A stretch of DNA of 64,000 nucleotides from Acidimicrobiaceae bacterium (GTDB lineage: Bacteria > Actinomycetota > Acidimicrobiia > Acidimicrobiales > RAAP-2): NCBI GenBank assembly GCA_003138855.1, contig PLHF01000045.1, forward strand, positions 17,054 to 81,053, written 5' to 3'. The translations under genes were made by a program, and so were the position numbers. Shown here one piece after another: positions 14,061 to 24,036 of this stretch. The notes below the pieces were generated by a model. That model ran no database searches and was not told where the DNA came from. It saw only the letters and a program-made list of their open reading frames with translations. Within the stretch, counting starts at the first letter, position 1, and each line of letters starts with the position of its first letter.

Positions 14061-15629
14061 CTAGGAGGCGGGCGCCTGCCTCCGCAGACGGAGACGGCCG
14101 ACCCAGTGCCGGCCGCGGTGCCGATAGTGGATGGACGCGAAGGCGATCCCCATGGCCACTGCCAATGCCGCCTGGACGACCAGGTCGGCGCGCGCCGTGG
14201 CCACGATCTGCCCGTGGGCGGCGCTGATCAGACTCAGGGCCAGTCCGGAGCCGCCGACCAGGAGCAGGACGATCCAACGGGACCCGGTTCCGAAGAGGTA
14301 GTTGGTCACCAGCACGGAGAACGAGAGAAAGATCATGGCGCCGACCAGTGTGGCGAACGCCGGCGCCCCCGCGCTCAGTTTGGCCGAGAAGACCACCGTG
14401 AGGAACCAGTGTGGGATGAACTCGGCGATGGCCAGCAGGACAATGGCCGGCACGGCCAGGAAGATCAGGGTGACGCCGAGCTGGCGGATGGCGTGGCCGC
14501 CCTCGTTCCACCGGATGGTCGCCTCGGGCAGCAGGTAGGCACCGAGGGCGATGGCACCGAACACCAGGGCCTTCGATGCGACGGAGATCGCGGCATACGG
14601 CCCCACGTTGGCGTGGTCGAGTCGGCCGAGGAGGATGACGTCCACATTCTGCAACAGGCCGAGGAGGGCAAGTCCGACGAACGCCGCCGAGACGTCCGCC
14701 AGGAGCTTCCGGCGGGCCAGGACCCCTGCGGCCAGGAGGTCGGGGGACGCTACCTTGACCGGCACCGTGGCGGGGTCGGCCCATACCCTCGAGGCCAGCC
14801 AGTGGGCATGGGCCGTGGCCACCACCTCGCCGATGAAGACGCCGAACGCATAGCCGGCGACGCCCAGTCCTGCGGCCACCAGCCCGACGACGAACAGGGT
14901 GCGGATCGCACCCTCCATCAGCAGGTTGCCGGCCAGCGGCCGGTAGGCGCGGTGTGCCTGGAGGAGGCCCCTGTCCACGCTGAGGAGGATCCAAATGCCT
15001 GCCGCCACCAAGATGAGCACCACGCCCTGGCTGTTGGGCAGCGACAGCTGATGGGCGATCCAATCCCGGAGCACGATCACCACCACCACCTCCAGGGCGA
15101 GGGCGACCAGGGCGATACGGTGCACCCTGGCCACCCACTGCCGGATCAGGTGGGCCTGGCCGGAGGTCTGCAGGGCGGTGACCCGGCGGACCACGCCGAC
15201 CAGGACGGCGGAGCCGGGCATGGAGAGGATGAAGAAGAGCCCGAGCAGCTGGGCGATGTCGCCGTAGGCCTGGGGGGTGACCAGACGGGCCACCACCACC
15301 ACCACCAGGGCCCCGGCTGCGTTCACGACCATACCGGCGATGGCTACCGGGCCGGCCTGACTCAGGCCGGCCCGGACCGAATCTCCCTTCCGCTCGAAGG
15401 CGGGGGCCGTTACCTCCCCGGGCAGGGTGATCATGGGGCCGCCGGCAACGGCGATACCAACGGCCGGGGCCATGGAGGTCGCCTCGTGGACGGGTTCGAC
15501 GACAGTGTCGATCTCCTCGAGGATCACGTCCAGCGCAGGCGTCTCGGCGCTCTCCATCGGTACCTGCTCGGCGCCCTGCCCTCCCGAATCTCCTTCCGGC
15601 GCTTTCGGTGCGGTGTTCGGCTCGGTCAC
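14061..15629 (-). CDS. Polysaccharide flippase-like (Wzx/MOP) membrane protein
   Basis: About 12 TM segments, ARL.TP.AYG, RGLLQ, NVDVIL and G.YAA.S...K patterns; GTG start overlaps the upstream stop. Confidence 0.7.
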   Translation of the reverse strand: MTEPNTAPKAPEGDSGGQGAEQVPMESAETPALDVILEEIDTVVEPVHEATSMAPAVGIAVAGGPMITLPGEVTAPAFERKGDSVRAGLSQAGPVAIAGMVVNAAGALVVVVVARLVTPQAYGDIAQLLGLFFILSMPGSAVLVGVVRRVTALQTSGQAHLIRQWVARVHRIALVALALEVVVVIVLRDWIAHQLSLPNSQGVVLILVAAGIWILLSVDRGLLQAHRAYRPLAGNLLMEGAIRTLFVVGLVAAGLGVAGYAFGVFIGEVVATAHAHWLASRVWADPATVPVKVASPDLLAAGVLARRKLLADVSAAFVGLALLGLLQNVDVILLGRLDHANVGPYAAISVASKALVFGAIALGAYLLPEATIRWNEGGHAIRQLGVTLIFLAVPAIVLLAIAEFIPHWFLTVVFSAKLSAGAPAFATLVGAMIFLSFSVLVTNYLFGTGSRWIVLLLVGGSGLALSLISAAHGQIVATARADLVVQAALAVAMGIAFASIHYRHRGRHWVGRLRLRRQAPAS

Positions 15630-17026
15630 ACCCGCACCTCCTCGCGGGGCGGTGCCGCCGGGTCGCCACTGTCCGCCGAGGCGCCCCCGTCTCCCGGGTG
15701 ATCGGGACGGAAGAGCACCCCCGGCCGGGGCCGCCCCGCGATCGAAGCCCAGATGGCATCGAGCGTGACCGAAGCCAGCACCACCATGGCGACCTCGGCC
15801 TCGGCCCGGAACCGGTAGTTCCCGTAGGTGGCGAAGGCAGCCAAGGTGACGACGACGAACATGGCCACCAGGGGATAGATGGGTCGGCGCCGGCGGCGGA
15901 GGATCACTGCTCCGACCACTGCCGATGTCATCAAGGGGTAGTACCAGATCAGCCAGGCATCCGACACCGGAGTGGGCCAGCCTTCTATGAAGTCGTGTTC
16001 CGCCTGGCGGAGCGGGGCGTAGACGTTCCACTCGATCCCCACCCGAAGGGCTGCCACCTCCAGCGCCCGAGCCTTGTGCGACTCGATGTACCGCTTGGCC
16101 TTGGCGCTCCAGTAGACCCCCTGATCCGACTCGTCCTCAGTGGGCGTGAAGTGGACGCCCAACAAGCAGTCGAAGCACCACGACGCAGTGAGCGGCCCGC
16201 TGTAGGTGGATGAGTTGTTAGCGGCAGCCAGCGTGATCGGCAGCTGGTCCGACAGGTACACGGGGTGGTGGAACACGGCGAGGTTGCGGGCGACCCAGGG
16301 GGCCATCGTCCCCACCGACACCAGGAGGACCACACCACACAGCGCGAGTTTCCGGCGCCAGGCCATGCCCCGCTGCCAGAGGACGGTGGGCAGGGCGACC
16401 AGGGGGATCAGGAGCACCAGCTCGGCCCGGGTGAGGGCGCACAATCCGGCCAACAGGCCGAGGAGGACCACCCGCCATGTGGTGCACTCCCGGAAGCATC
16501 GCACTGCCGCCAGGATGGTGATGACGGTGAGGAGCATCACCATCGCCTCGGACATGACCTCGCCGTCGTAGACCCAGAAGCCCGGATACAGGGCGGCGAT
16601 CACCGCCGCGATCACACCGGCCCGATCACCCGCCAGGTCTCTCGCCACCATTCCGGTGAGGACGATGGTGGCCGTACCGATCAGGCAGACCAGGACCAAC
16701 TGGGCAGTCTCGGTCCGGAGCCCGAGCAGGTCCCCCAAGGTCAGGACCAGGGTGAACAGCGGAGGGTGCTGAGCCGACTGCACCAGCGCGGCCGGATGAT
16801 GCCGCTCGTGGAAGACCACCGGATTGACGAACCAGTGGCCCTCGAGATTCAACTTTGCCTGACCGTGGTAGTAGGCCGCATCGCCCTGCAACGGGGCACC
16901 GGCCTTGACCACGAGGGCGAAGATCAGGCGCAGACCCAGTCCGGCCAAGGCCGTGAGGGCCATGCACCATCGGAAGGAGGCAGCCCCCGGGGCCGATGCC
17001 GTTGCCCGCTCCCCCACCTCGGACAC
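15626..17026 (-). CDS. GT-C glycosyltransferase (ArnT/PMT-like)
   Basis: GLGLRL, GDAAYYH, HPPLF, YPGFW, MSE, ALTRAE, PWVARN, RFR; multi-TM. Confidence 0.8.
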   Translation of the reverse strand: MSEVGERATASAPGAASFRWCMALTALAGLGLRLIFALVVKAGAPLQGDAAYYHGQAKLNLEGHWFVNPVVFHERHHPAALVQSAQHPPLFTLVLTLGDLLGLRTETAQLVLVCLIGTATIVLTGMVARDLAGDRAGVIAAVIAALYPGFWVYDGEVMSEAMVMLLTVITILAAVRCFRECTTWRVVLLGLLAGLCALTRAELVLLIPLVALPTVLWQRGMAWRRKLALCGVVLLVSVGTMAPWVARNLAVFHHPVYLSDQLPITLAAANNSSTYSGPLTASWCFDCLLGVHFTPTEDESDQGVYWSAKAKRYIESHKARALEVAALRVGIEWNVYAPLRQAEHDFIEGWPTPVSDAWLIWYYPLMTSAVVGAVILRRRRRPIYPLVAMFVVVTLAAFATYGNYRFRAEAEVAMVVLASVTLDAIWASIAGRPRPGVLFRPDHPGDGGASADSGDPAAPPREEVRV

Positions 17027-17046
17027 TATCCGGCGACGTTCCCGGC

Positions 17047-18684
17047 TCAGGCGACGCGGTGAGGGAGCATCGGGGCATCGCGACCGGTACGCCCGGCGTC
17101 CCCGCCGCTTCGGCCGTTGCCCGTCTCGTGGTACTCCTCTTCCACGTTGACCGTCCAGATGTCGTGGTCGGCACCGTGGATGTTCTCGACCGTCAGCATT
17201 GCCGTGTACATCGAGTGGTCCTGGTTGTTGTACTTGTGCATGCCGTTGCGGCCCACCGGATGGACGTTGGGGGCGTTCTCCTCGAACCAGCGGCGGATCA
17301 CGTCGACGTTGTTGCGGTAGACGTCGTCGTAGACCGGATACGCCTTCGGCATCCGGACGACATAGCCGGCTTCAACGTCCGACGTCTCGGCCAGGCCGAT
17401 CGCAGCGAGCTCCTTCGTCCCCAAGGCCACCAGCTCTTCGTCGGAAGAGTTCCAGAGCTCGTCGCCCTCGAACACGAAGTACTCCATACCCAGGCAGGTA
17501 CGGCCGTCTTTCACCAGGTAGGGCGACCATGAACCGAAGTTCTGGATGCGGCCCACCTTCACATCGGGAGAGTGGATGTAGATCCAGTTGTCCGGGAAGC
17601 CCCGCTCCTCGGGCACGACCAGGGCGATCGTCAGGAAGTCGCGGTAGTGCAGGTCGTCGGCTGCACGCAGTACCTCGGCGGGCGCTGGAGGATCGACGAT
17701 CCGGGCCAGCGCGGTGAAGGGCATCGATGAGATCACATGCGAGGCGGTTATCCGCTCCTCGGAGCCGTTGGTGGCCACCGTCACGGCTACCGCTGCCCCG
17801 TCCTCGAGATGCACTGCCGTGGCCGAGGTCTCCATCCTGACCGTGCCGCCCAGCTCGGTGACCCTGTCGGCACACCGTTCCCACATCATCCCCGGTCCGT
17901 ACTTGGGATACTGGAACTCCTCGATCAGGCTGGTCACCTGCTTCGACTTGTCGCGGCGCTTGCCGGCGAGCGAGGAACGGATCGGTTCCCACACTGCGTT
18001 CCACAAGGACATCCCCTTGATCCGCTGGGCACCCCAGTCGGCCGAGAGCTCCGAGGCGGGCACGCCCCACACCTTCTCGTTGTAGGTCTTGAAGAAGTGG
18101 CGGTACAGCCGCCATCCGTAGTTGGTGACGATGTAGCCCTCGAGCGTGGTCAGGTCCCTGGGTGGGCGCACCCGGACCCACAGGAAGGACAGGCCGCAGC
18201 GGAACGCCTCGACGACGCCGAGGTTGGAGAGGGCGTTCCCCAACTTGATGGGATAGTCGTAGTACTTCCCGCCGTAGAAGATCCGGCTCATGCGTGGGCG
18301 CAGGAGGAAGTCCTCGGGAGGGAGGATCTCGTGCCAGAACTCCTCCACCGGCCTGACCTTGGTGAAGAACCGATGTCCTCCGATGTCGAAGCGCCAACCG
18401 TCGCGCTCCACGGTTCGGCTGATGCCGCCCACCACGCTGTCCTGCTCCACCATGACGACCGGGTCGCAGGCCTCCGCCAGTCGGTACGCCGCGGTGAGCC
18501 CTGCGGGACCTCCGCCGATGACGACCACCGGGGCGTCGCCCACACCCCCAGGCGACCCCGAGCGCGCCCCGGAGGCCGCAGCGATGCCGTCGGCGCCTGC
18601 TTCGTCGGGGCTGGCCACTCGGTCCTTGGTTGATGCCACTCGGTGTGATCCGTTCTCTCTGGTCTGCGGGGGCCCAGGGGACAC
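17047..18684 (-). CDS. FAD-dependent oxidoreductase, UDP-galactopyranose mutase/HemY-like family
   Basis: GGGPAGL.AA, VGGISRT, FDIGGHRFFTK, YPKYGPG, AYPVYD, GRNGMHKYNNQDHS; start uncertain. Confidence 0.8.
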   Translation of the reverse strand: MSPGPPQTRENGSHRVASTKDRVASPDEAGADGIAAASGARSGSPGGVGDAPVVVIGGGPAGLTAAYRLAEACDPVVMVEQDSVVGGISRTVERDGWRFDIGGHRFFTKVRPVEEFWHEILPPEDFLLRPRMSRIFYGGKYYDYPIKLGNALSNLGVVEAFRCGLSFLWVRVRPPRDLTTLEGYIVTNYGWRLYRHFFKTYNEKVWGVPASELSADWGAQRIKGMSLWNAVWEPIRSSLAGKRRDKSKQVTSLIEEFQYPKYGPGMMWERCADRVTELGGTVRMETSATAVHLEDGAAVAVTVATNGSEERITASHVISSMPFTALARIVDPPAPAEVLRAADDLHYRDFLTIALVVPEERGFPDNWIYIHSPDVKVGRIQNFGSWSPYLVKDGRTCLGMEYFVFEGDELWNSSDEELVALGTKELAAIGLAETSDVEAGYVVRMPKAYPVYDDVYRNNVDVIRRWFEENAPNVHPVGRNGMHKYNNQDHSMYTAMLTVENIHGADHDIWTVNVEEEYHETGNGRSGGDAGRTGRDAPMLPHRVA

Positions 18685-18735
18685 GCTCGGGGCTCGTGCC
18701 CGGTGCGCTGTGGCCCAGTCGATCGTGGTTCCGAC

Positions 18736-18810
18736 GCTGCTGTCGTGCTGTGCTGCTGTAGTGCTGTGCTGCTCTGATCGGTGCTGCTCTGATCGGTGCT
18801 GCTCTGGTTG
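18736..18810. repeat. Adjacent 16-bp (x2) and 15-bp (x3) tandem repeats
   Basis: gctgctgt(c/a)gtgctgt x2, then gtgctgctctgatcg x2 plus variant gtgctgctctggttg. Confidence 0.85.
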
Positions 18811-19099
18811 GCCACTACTTCCGGCAGGTCACGCCCATCCGCGCACTCCCCGCCCCGATCTCCCTCCTCCCTGTCATCGCATCGGCGACCTGGGCGCTCG
18901 TACCGGCCGGTCCGACCGATCACGAGTGCGGGAGAGGCTTCCCGACCCTGCGTCCCGACGGGGGCGACCGGGCCGGGGCACCCGCCTCCCACGGGTCCGT
19001 GACGGCGGGCCACCCGATGAGGACGCCTCCGGTGATGCACTGCGCTGGTGAAGGATAGTTGCTCGTCCGGCCGACCGGGGGAAGGCTCGCCCGTTGCAC

Positions 19100-20344
19100 C
19101 TACGGCACCACCACACCACTGAAGGCCAGGAACGCGTAGCCGACCATCGTCGTCCCGGCGGCCACCAGGACGGTCAATTCGACCCACCGCCGCGTGGTGA
19201 GGGTCGATGCGGCCACGACCAGGGGAAAGGCCCCCAGGGCATACCGCTCGAACGAATCGAGGTTCGATGTGGTGAGCGACACCGCCAGCACGGCGGCGGC
19301 AAACGCTGCATAGGACAGGGGGAGCCTGCGGAAGGCCAGCACCAGGAGCACCACGCACAGGACCACCCAGGGGATGTGCAGGGCACTGCCCAGATGGTGA
19401 CCGTGGGCCACGGACACCGCGTTGTGCCACATGGCGGCGAGCGGAGAGGTGATCGGGCCCCTGTGTCCACCCTGCTGCTGTACCCGGAACGGCAGCCAAA
19501 TGTCACCGAATTGCGCATCGACCCAGGCCAGGTAGGCGCCCATCCCGGCCAACGGCGCCACGAGGGCCGCGCCACGGGCTACCCATCCCCCGGTGGTGGA
19601 CGCGGTCCGCCTGCTCTGGAACACCTCTACCAGCACCGGCACCACCAACAGCACCCCGATCGGGCGGACGGCGCCCGCAACGAGTCCGGCAGCAGCTGCC
19701 CACCACCAGCGACGGGTCCGGGCCGCCAGCATGGTCACCACCGAACAGAGCAGCAACGACGCGTCGGCATACCCCAGGACCAACGAGTACGCCGAAGGAG
19801 CCAGCGCCAGGAGCCACACCGATCGGCGGGCCAGCGCCAGGTCGCCCTGTTCCCGGCGGACCAGGACCAACAGTGCGGCCATGGCGGCGAGGGCGCACAG
19901 ATTGGAGATCAGCACCAGGGCCGGTCCGACACCGAGTCCCGGGAACCACCCGAGGACACGGGCTGCCATGGGGTACGCAGGGAAGAAGCGCACGGACTGC
20001 AGGCCTGAGGCCGTGTAGCCGTGGCCGGCGATCGACTCGTACCAGCCACCGTCCCACGCCAGCAGGCCCTGGTGCAGCCGAAGGTCGGCCCGTTCGGAGC
20101 GCGCCACGACGTGGGGGTAGGTCCAGTGGGCAAGGACCAGGCTGAATGCCACCAGGACGCGGGCCACGATCCAGGCCGGCAGCACGGCGAGGACGGCCCG
20201 GCCAAAGGTGCGGGCCATGGCTCCCGTGCCGGTGCACGCCGGTGTCGCCGGACCGCTGCTCTCCGCCCCGGCGGTCGGGCCCGGTGACTCCATCGGACAC
20301 CCCGGTGGGCCCGCCTCGACAACGCGTCGTTCGCTGCCGGTCAC
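19100..20344 (-). CDS. PIG-V-like GT-C mannosyltransferase family membrane protein
   Basis: WDGGWY.SIA.HGY, FFPAYP, GYAD.SL, RPIG, SFERY; multi-TM. Confidence 0.82.
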   Translation of the reverse strand: MTGSERRVVEAGPPGCPMESPGPTAGAESSGPATPACTGTGAMARTFGRAVLAVLPAWIVARVLVAFSLVLAHWTYPHVVARSERADLRLHQGLLAWDGGWYESIAGHGYTASGLQSVRFFPAYPMAARVLGWFPGLGVGPALVLISNLCALAAMAALLVLVRREQGDLALARRSVWLLALAPSAYSLVLGYADASLLLCSVVTMLAARTRRWWWAAAAGLVAGAVRPIGVLLVVPVLVEVFQSRRTASTTGGWVARGAALVAPLAGMGAYLAWVDAQFGDIWLPFRVQQQGGHRGPITSPLAAMWHNAVSVAHGHHLGSALHIPWVVLCVVLLVLAFRRLPLSYAAFAAAVLAVSLTTSNLDSFERYALGAFPLVVAASTLTTRRWVELTVLVAAGTTMVGYAFLAFSGVVVP

Positions 20345-20348
20345 ACCG

Positions 20349-22103
20349 TCAGGGTTTGGTCGGTGTGAATTCCACCATCCACATCGGTTGATAGAACTCG
20401 TTCGTGTTGCCGACGACCAGCTCCTTCACGCGATAGCCGCCATTCATCTGCAGCGTCTGGACCATTGCCTCGCACCTGTACCCGTAGGACTGATAACCGC
20501 CCGCCCACACCATGAAGATCTGCCTGCCTGCCGCGGAGGCCCGGGACACCAGTTCCTCGGCGAAGGCCGGTGCCGAAGCGGCCCGGACCGCGGCGGCATA
20601 GTCGACCCAGTTGATCAGCTTCGGGCCGGTGCCCCGCGGGAACGTCACCTGCTGGTAGCGGCCGGCGGGCAGCAGGCGGTCGACGGCGGGGCCCAACTGG
20701 TCGGGGCAGTAGGCCACGATGTCTCCGGGATTCGCGTGGTCGGCGATGGCGACCGCCACCTGGCCGGCCTGGGTTCGATTGGTCGTGATGTTGGGAACCG
20801 AACTGGCCAATCCGGCAATCACCGCTAACGCCAGGATGCCCGTCCGCACCTGCCGGTCCCGGAACACCGTCAGGCCGATGGACACCAGCAGGATGAGCGG
20901 GATGAACACCACCGACGCATATCGGGCATCGAATGCGCTGTTGGTGATCAGGCCGCCGATGATCGCCGCAGCCAGGGTCCCGGCCACTGCGATGGCCACC
21001 GGGCGACCGAGTGGACGGGTGCGGATGTCGAGCTCGATGTGTCTCCGATCCGTGGCCAGTCCGAACAACCCCAGGCCGGCCAGAGCGAAGAAGATCAGGG
21101 CCAGCGCCCGGCCCTGGCTGGTGCTGCCACCGGCGAAGGATGCCACCGCGCTGACCATGGCAGCGAAGTTGGCCGGCGTTGCCCACGGCGTCCCGGTGTG
21201 CAGGGACTGGAACACGAAGATCGGCACCCATGGCAGGAAGGTCAGGCACCCCACCACTCCGGCCAGCAGTGCCGCACGCGCCCCCTGCCCCCACTCCGGA
21301 CGGCCCCGCCACGCCTGCCAGGCCAGCCAGAGGGCGACCGTCCCGATGAGGTAGATGGACCAGTAGTGGGTGTAGAGCAACAGCCCGGTCACCGCGGCCA
21401 CGGCGATGAGATTGCCGGGCCGCGGGCGTCGCAGTGCACGGTCGAGCGCCAGGAAGCCCAGGACCGTCAGGAGTACCACCAGCGAGTACATGCGGGCCTC
21501 GGTGTCGTAGCGGATGGCAAACGGTGAGCTCGCCACGAGCAACATGGCAGCCCATCCGGCGGTCCGACCTCCGAGCCGGCGGCCGGCCAACCAGGCGAGG
21601 GGCACGGTCGCCACCCCGATCACACCGGAGAGGGATCGCACCGCCAGGTCCGAGGTGCCGAACCAACCCATCCAGAAGTGCAGCAGGACGTAGAAGAGGG
21701 GTGGCGCACCGTCCCGCCGCAACAGCGAGGGAAGCTGGTGGAGGGGATGGACGGCGATGTTCACGGTGAGGGCCTCGTCCAACCACATGTCCGACTTGGT
21801 CCAGAAGCGCAGCACAAGGGACGCCAGGAGAACGAGCACCGTGGCCACCGCCATCAGAGCGACGGCGGTCCTGCCGAAAGGCGGCCCCTCGGGGTCCCCG
21901 TCGGCCGCCTGCGGCTCCAACCGGTCCGGGGTCGCGCCGTTCGACGTGGAGGTCCCACCGGCCGGCGCCTGTCCGGCGACCCCCGGTGCGGCACGGTCCG
22001 GAGCGGCCACCGGAGCCCCGGTGGCGCCGGCCTCCGAAGGTGGAGGGGGAGCCACGGCCCCCGGTGCGGTCACCGAGGAAGGTCCAGGAGGAGCTGCTTC
22101 CAT
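20349..22103 (-). CDS. GT39-like GT-C glycosyltransferase
   Basis: LRF, MWLDEA, DGAPPLFY.LLH.W, RSLS, SPF..RY.TEARMY, THY; ATG 22103 lies 7 nt after TACCAT. Confidence 0.82.
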   Translation of the reverse strand: MEAAPPGPSSVTAPGAVAPPPPSEAGATGAPVAAPDRAAPGVAGQAPAGGTSTSNGATPDRLEPQAADGDPEGPPFGRTAVALMAVATVLVLLASLVLRFWTKSDMWLDEALTVNIAVHPLHQLPSLLRRDGAPPLFYVLLHFWMGWFGTSDLAVRSLSGVIGVATVPLAWLAGRRLGGRTAGWAAMLLVASSPFAIRYDTEARMYSLVVLLTVLGFLALDRALRRPRPGNLIAVAAVTGLLLYTHYWSIYLIGTVALWLAWQAWRGRPEWGQGARAALLAGVVGCLTFLPWVPIFVFQSLHTGTPWATPANFAAMVSAVASFAGGSTSQGRALALIFFALAGLGLFGLATDRRHIELDIRTRPLGRPVAIAVAGTLAAAIIGGLITNSAFDARYASVVFIPLILLVSIGLTVFRDRQVRTGILALAVIAGLASSVPNITTNRTQAGQVAVAIADHANPGDIVAYCPDQLGPAVDRLLPAGRYQQVTFPRGTGPKLINWVDYAAAVRAASAPAFAEELVSRASAAGRQIFMVWAGGYQSYGYRCEAMVQTLQMNGGYRVKELVVGNTNEFYQPMWMVEFTPTKP

Positions 22104-22305
22104 GGTCCGCATGGTACCCAGCACCGTGACCCAGGTGGGATACCCGGGTCGAATCTTGCATTGATTTCATGGACCAGGGGTCTACTTGGCGGTAACGTGC
22201 CCCCACGACAGCTGCACCCGTGGCAGAGTGCAGGTTCGTAAGGCAACGCCCGCGGCCGGACATCACTGGTGACCGGCGACGGGGAGGGCATGATGGGGGA
22301 ACTCT

Positions 22306-24000
22306 GTGACATCGGGTAGCGGAATGAGCCGACGGACCTTCCTGTCCCGTGGCGCCGCCACCGGCGGAGCTGTGATGCTGGGCGCCGCCGCATCCACCGC
22401 GCTGACCGGTTGTTCGTCGAGCAACTCCGGGTCGTCGAGCTCCACCGCCGCACCTGGTTCCAAGCCCGGTGTGGCGACCGGCTCACCCGTCCGCGGAGGG
22501 ACCCTGACGGTCGGGACCATCGCCGAGATCGACGGGTTCTACCCCCCGTCCAACCACTGGGACACCAACGGGTTCATCTATGCCAATGCCATCTACGACC
22601 CGTTGATGGCCGTGGCGGCCGACGGGACCGTCAAGCCCTATCTGGCCAAGTCGATGACCAGCAACTCCACCTACGACACCTGGACCCTGACGCTGCGCCC
22701 CGGCGTCAAATTCAACGACGGCTCCGCACTGACCTCGGCGGTGGTCATGGCCAACTACAGCGCTCTGAAGGCATCCCCCCTGACCGGCGTGGCGCTCAAC
22801 CAGGTGGCGTCGGTCACCACTCCCGACGACATGACGGTCGTCTACACCCTGACCGGGCCAAATCCCACGTTTCCGGCCGGGCTCACCACCCAGGTCGGCT
22901 ACATCGTCGGCGAGGCCATGATCCAGCAGGCCACGTCCAACCCGTCGGCCCCGCTGACCCCCATTGGCACCGGGCCGTTCATCTACGCGCAGTGGCAGCC
23001 CAACGACCACTTCACCGCCACCCGCAACCCGAACTACTGGCGCAGCGGGCTGCCCTACCTCGATTCGATCACGTTCCGGCCCATCCCCGACACCACGCAG
23101 CGTGAATCCACGCTCCGCACGGGCGGGGTCGACATGATCGAGTCCGTCGACCCCACGACAATCACCAACTTCTCGGGCTCGGGCGGTACAGGTTTTCAGT
23201 TGGTCGACACCAGCACCGGGGTCATCGGCCAGCCGTCCTTCGCCTTCATCATGCTGAACACGGCGGTACCTCCCACCAACGACCTCAGCATCCGCCAGGC
23301 GCTGGCCAAGGGCCTGGATCAGGCTGCGGTCCAGAAGGTCATCGGGGGGCCGCCCGCCAAGCCGGCCACCGGGATGTTCCTCCCGGGCTCGCCGTACTAC
23401 AGCGAGACCGACTACCCCACCTACGATCCGGCGGGAGCCAAGGCCCTGGTCGGCGCGTACAAGGCCCGGCACGGGACCCCGACGGTGAATCTGCTGACCA
23501 TCCCCGACCCACTGGAGATCAAGGTGGTGCAGGCCGTCCAGCAGATGTGGGACCAGGTGGGATTCGATGTGACCGTCTCCGAGGTTGAGCAGGCCACCAT
23601 CATCGACGACTTCGTCTTCGGGAAGTTCCAGGCAGCGACGTCCTACCAGTTCGGCGCGGTCAATCCCGACCTGAACTACGTCTGGTGGAGCACCACCACC
23701 ATCTCACCGATCGGCCAGATCGGCCTCAACTTCACACGCGTCAACGACCCGACGATCGAGTCGGCCCTGCTGACCGGCCGCCATACCACCGACCAGGCCA
23801 CACGGGTGACCGCCTACCAGACCGTCAACGAGCAACTGGCCAAGCAGCTGCCCTACCTGTGGGTGGAGCAGTACGTGTTCTCCGAGGTCGGCGCCGGCCG
23901 GGTCCAGAACTTCAACAACCCCACCCTCCCGGACGGAACGCCCCAGTACGCCTTCGACGAGGGGATCTTTGTCCCGACACAGATCTGGCTGGCCGGATAG
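22306..24000 (+). CDS. Peptide/nickel-type ABC transporter substrate-binding lipoprotein with Tat signal
   Basis: SRRTFL Tat motif, LTGC lipobox, LRPGVKF.DG, IGTGPF, NPNYW. Confidence 0.92.
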   Translation: MTSGSGMSRRTFLSRGAATGGAVMLGAAASTALTGCSSSNSGSSSSTAAPGSKPGVATGSPVRGGTLTVGTIAEIDGFYPPSNHWDTNGFIYANAIYDPLMAVAADGTVKPYLAKSMTSNSTYDTWTLTLRPGVKFNDGSALTSAVVMANYSALKASPLTGVALNQVASVTTPDDMTVVYTLTGPNPTFPAGLTTQVGYIVGEAMIQQATSNPSAPLTPIGTGPFIYAQWQPNDHFTATRNPNYWRSGLPYLDSITFRPIPDTTQRESTLRTGGVDMIESVDPTTITNFSGSGGTGFQLVDTSTGVIGQPSFAFIMLNTAVPPTNDLSIRQALAKGLDQAAVQKVIGGPPAKPATGMFLPGSPYYSETDYPTYDPAGAKALVGAYKARHGTPTVNLLTIPDPLEIKVVQAVQQMWDQVGFDVTVSEVEQATIIDDFVFGKFQAATSYQFGAVNPDLNYVWWSTTTISPIGQIGLNFTRVNDPTIESALLTGRHTTDQATRVTAYQTVNEQLAKQLPYLWVEQYVFSEVGAGRVQNFNNPTLPDGTPQYAFDEGIFVPTQIWLAG

Positions 24001-24036
24001 CGGGTCGGGCAACCGGTTCGACGTCCCGACTGATCC

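Noticed and set aside
18288..19499. 403-aa ORF containing QSSTD repeats
   Set aside because: Overlaps two real genes out of frame and has Arg/Pro-rich shadow composition.
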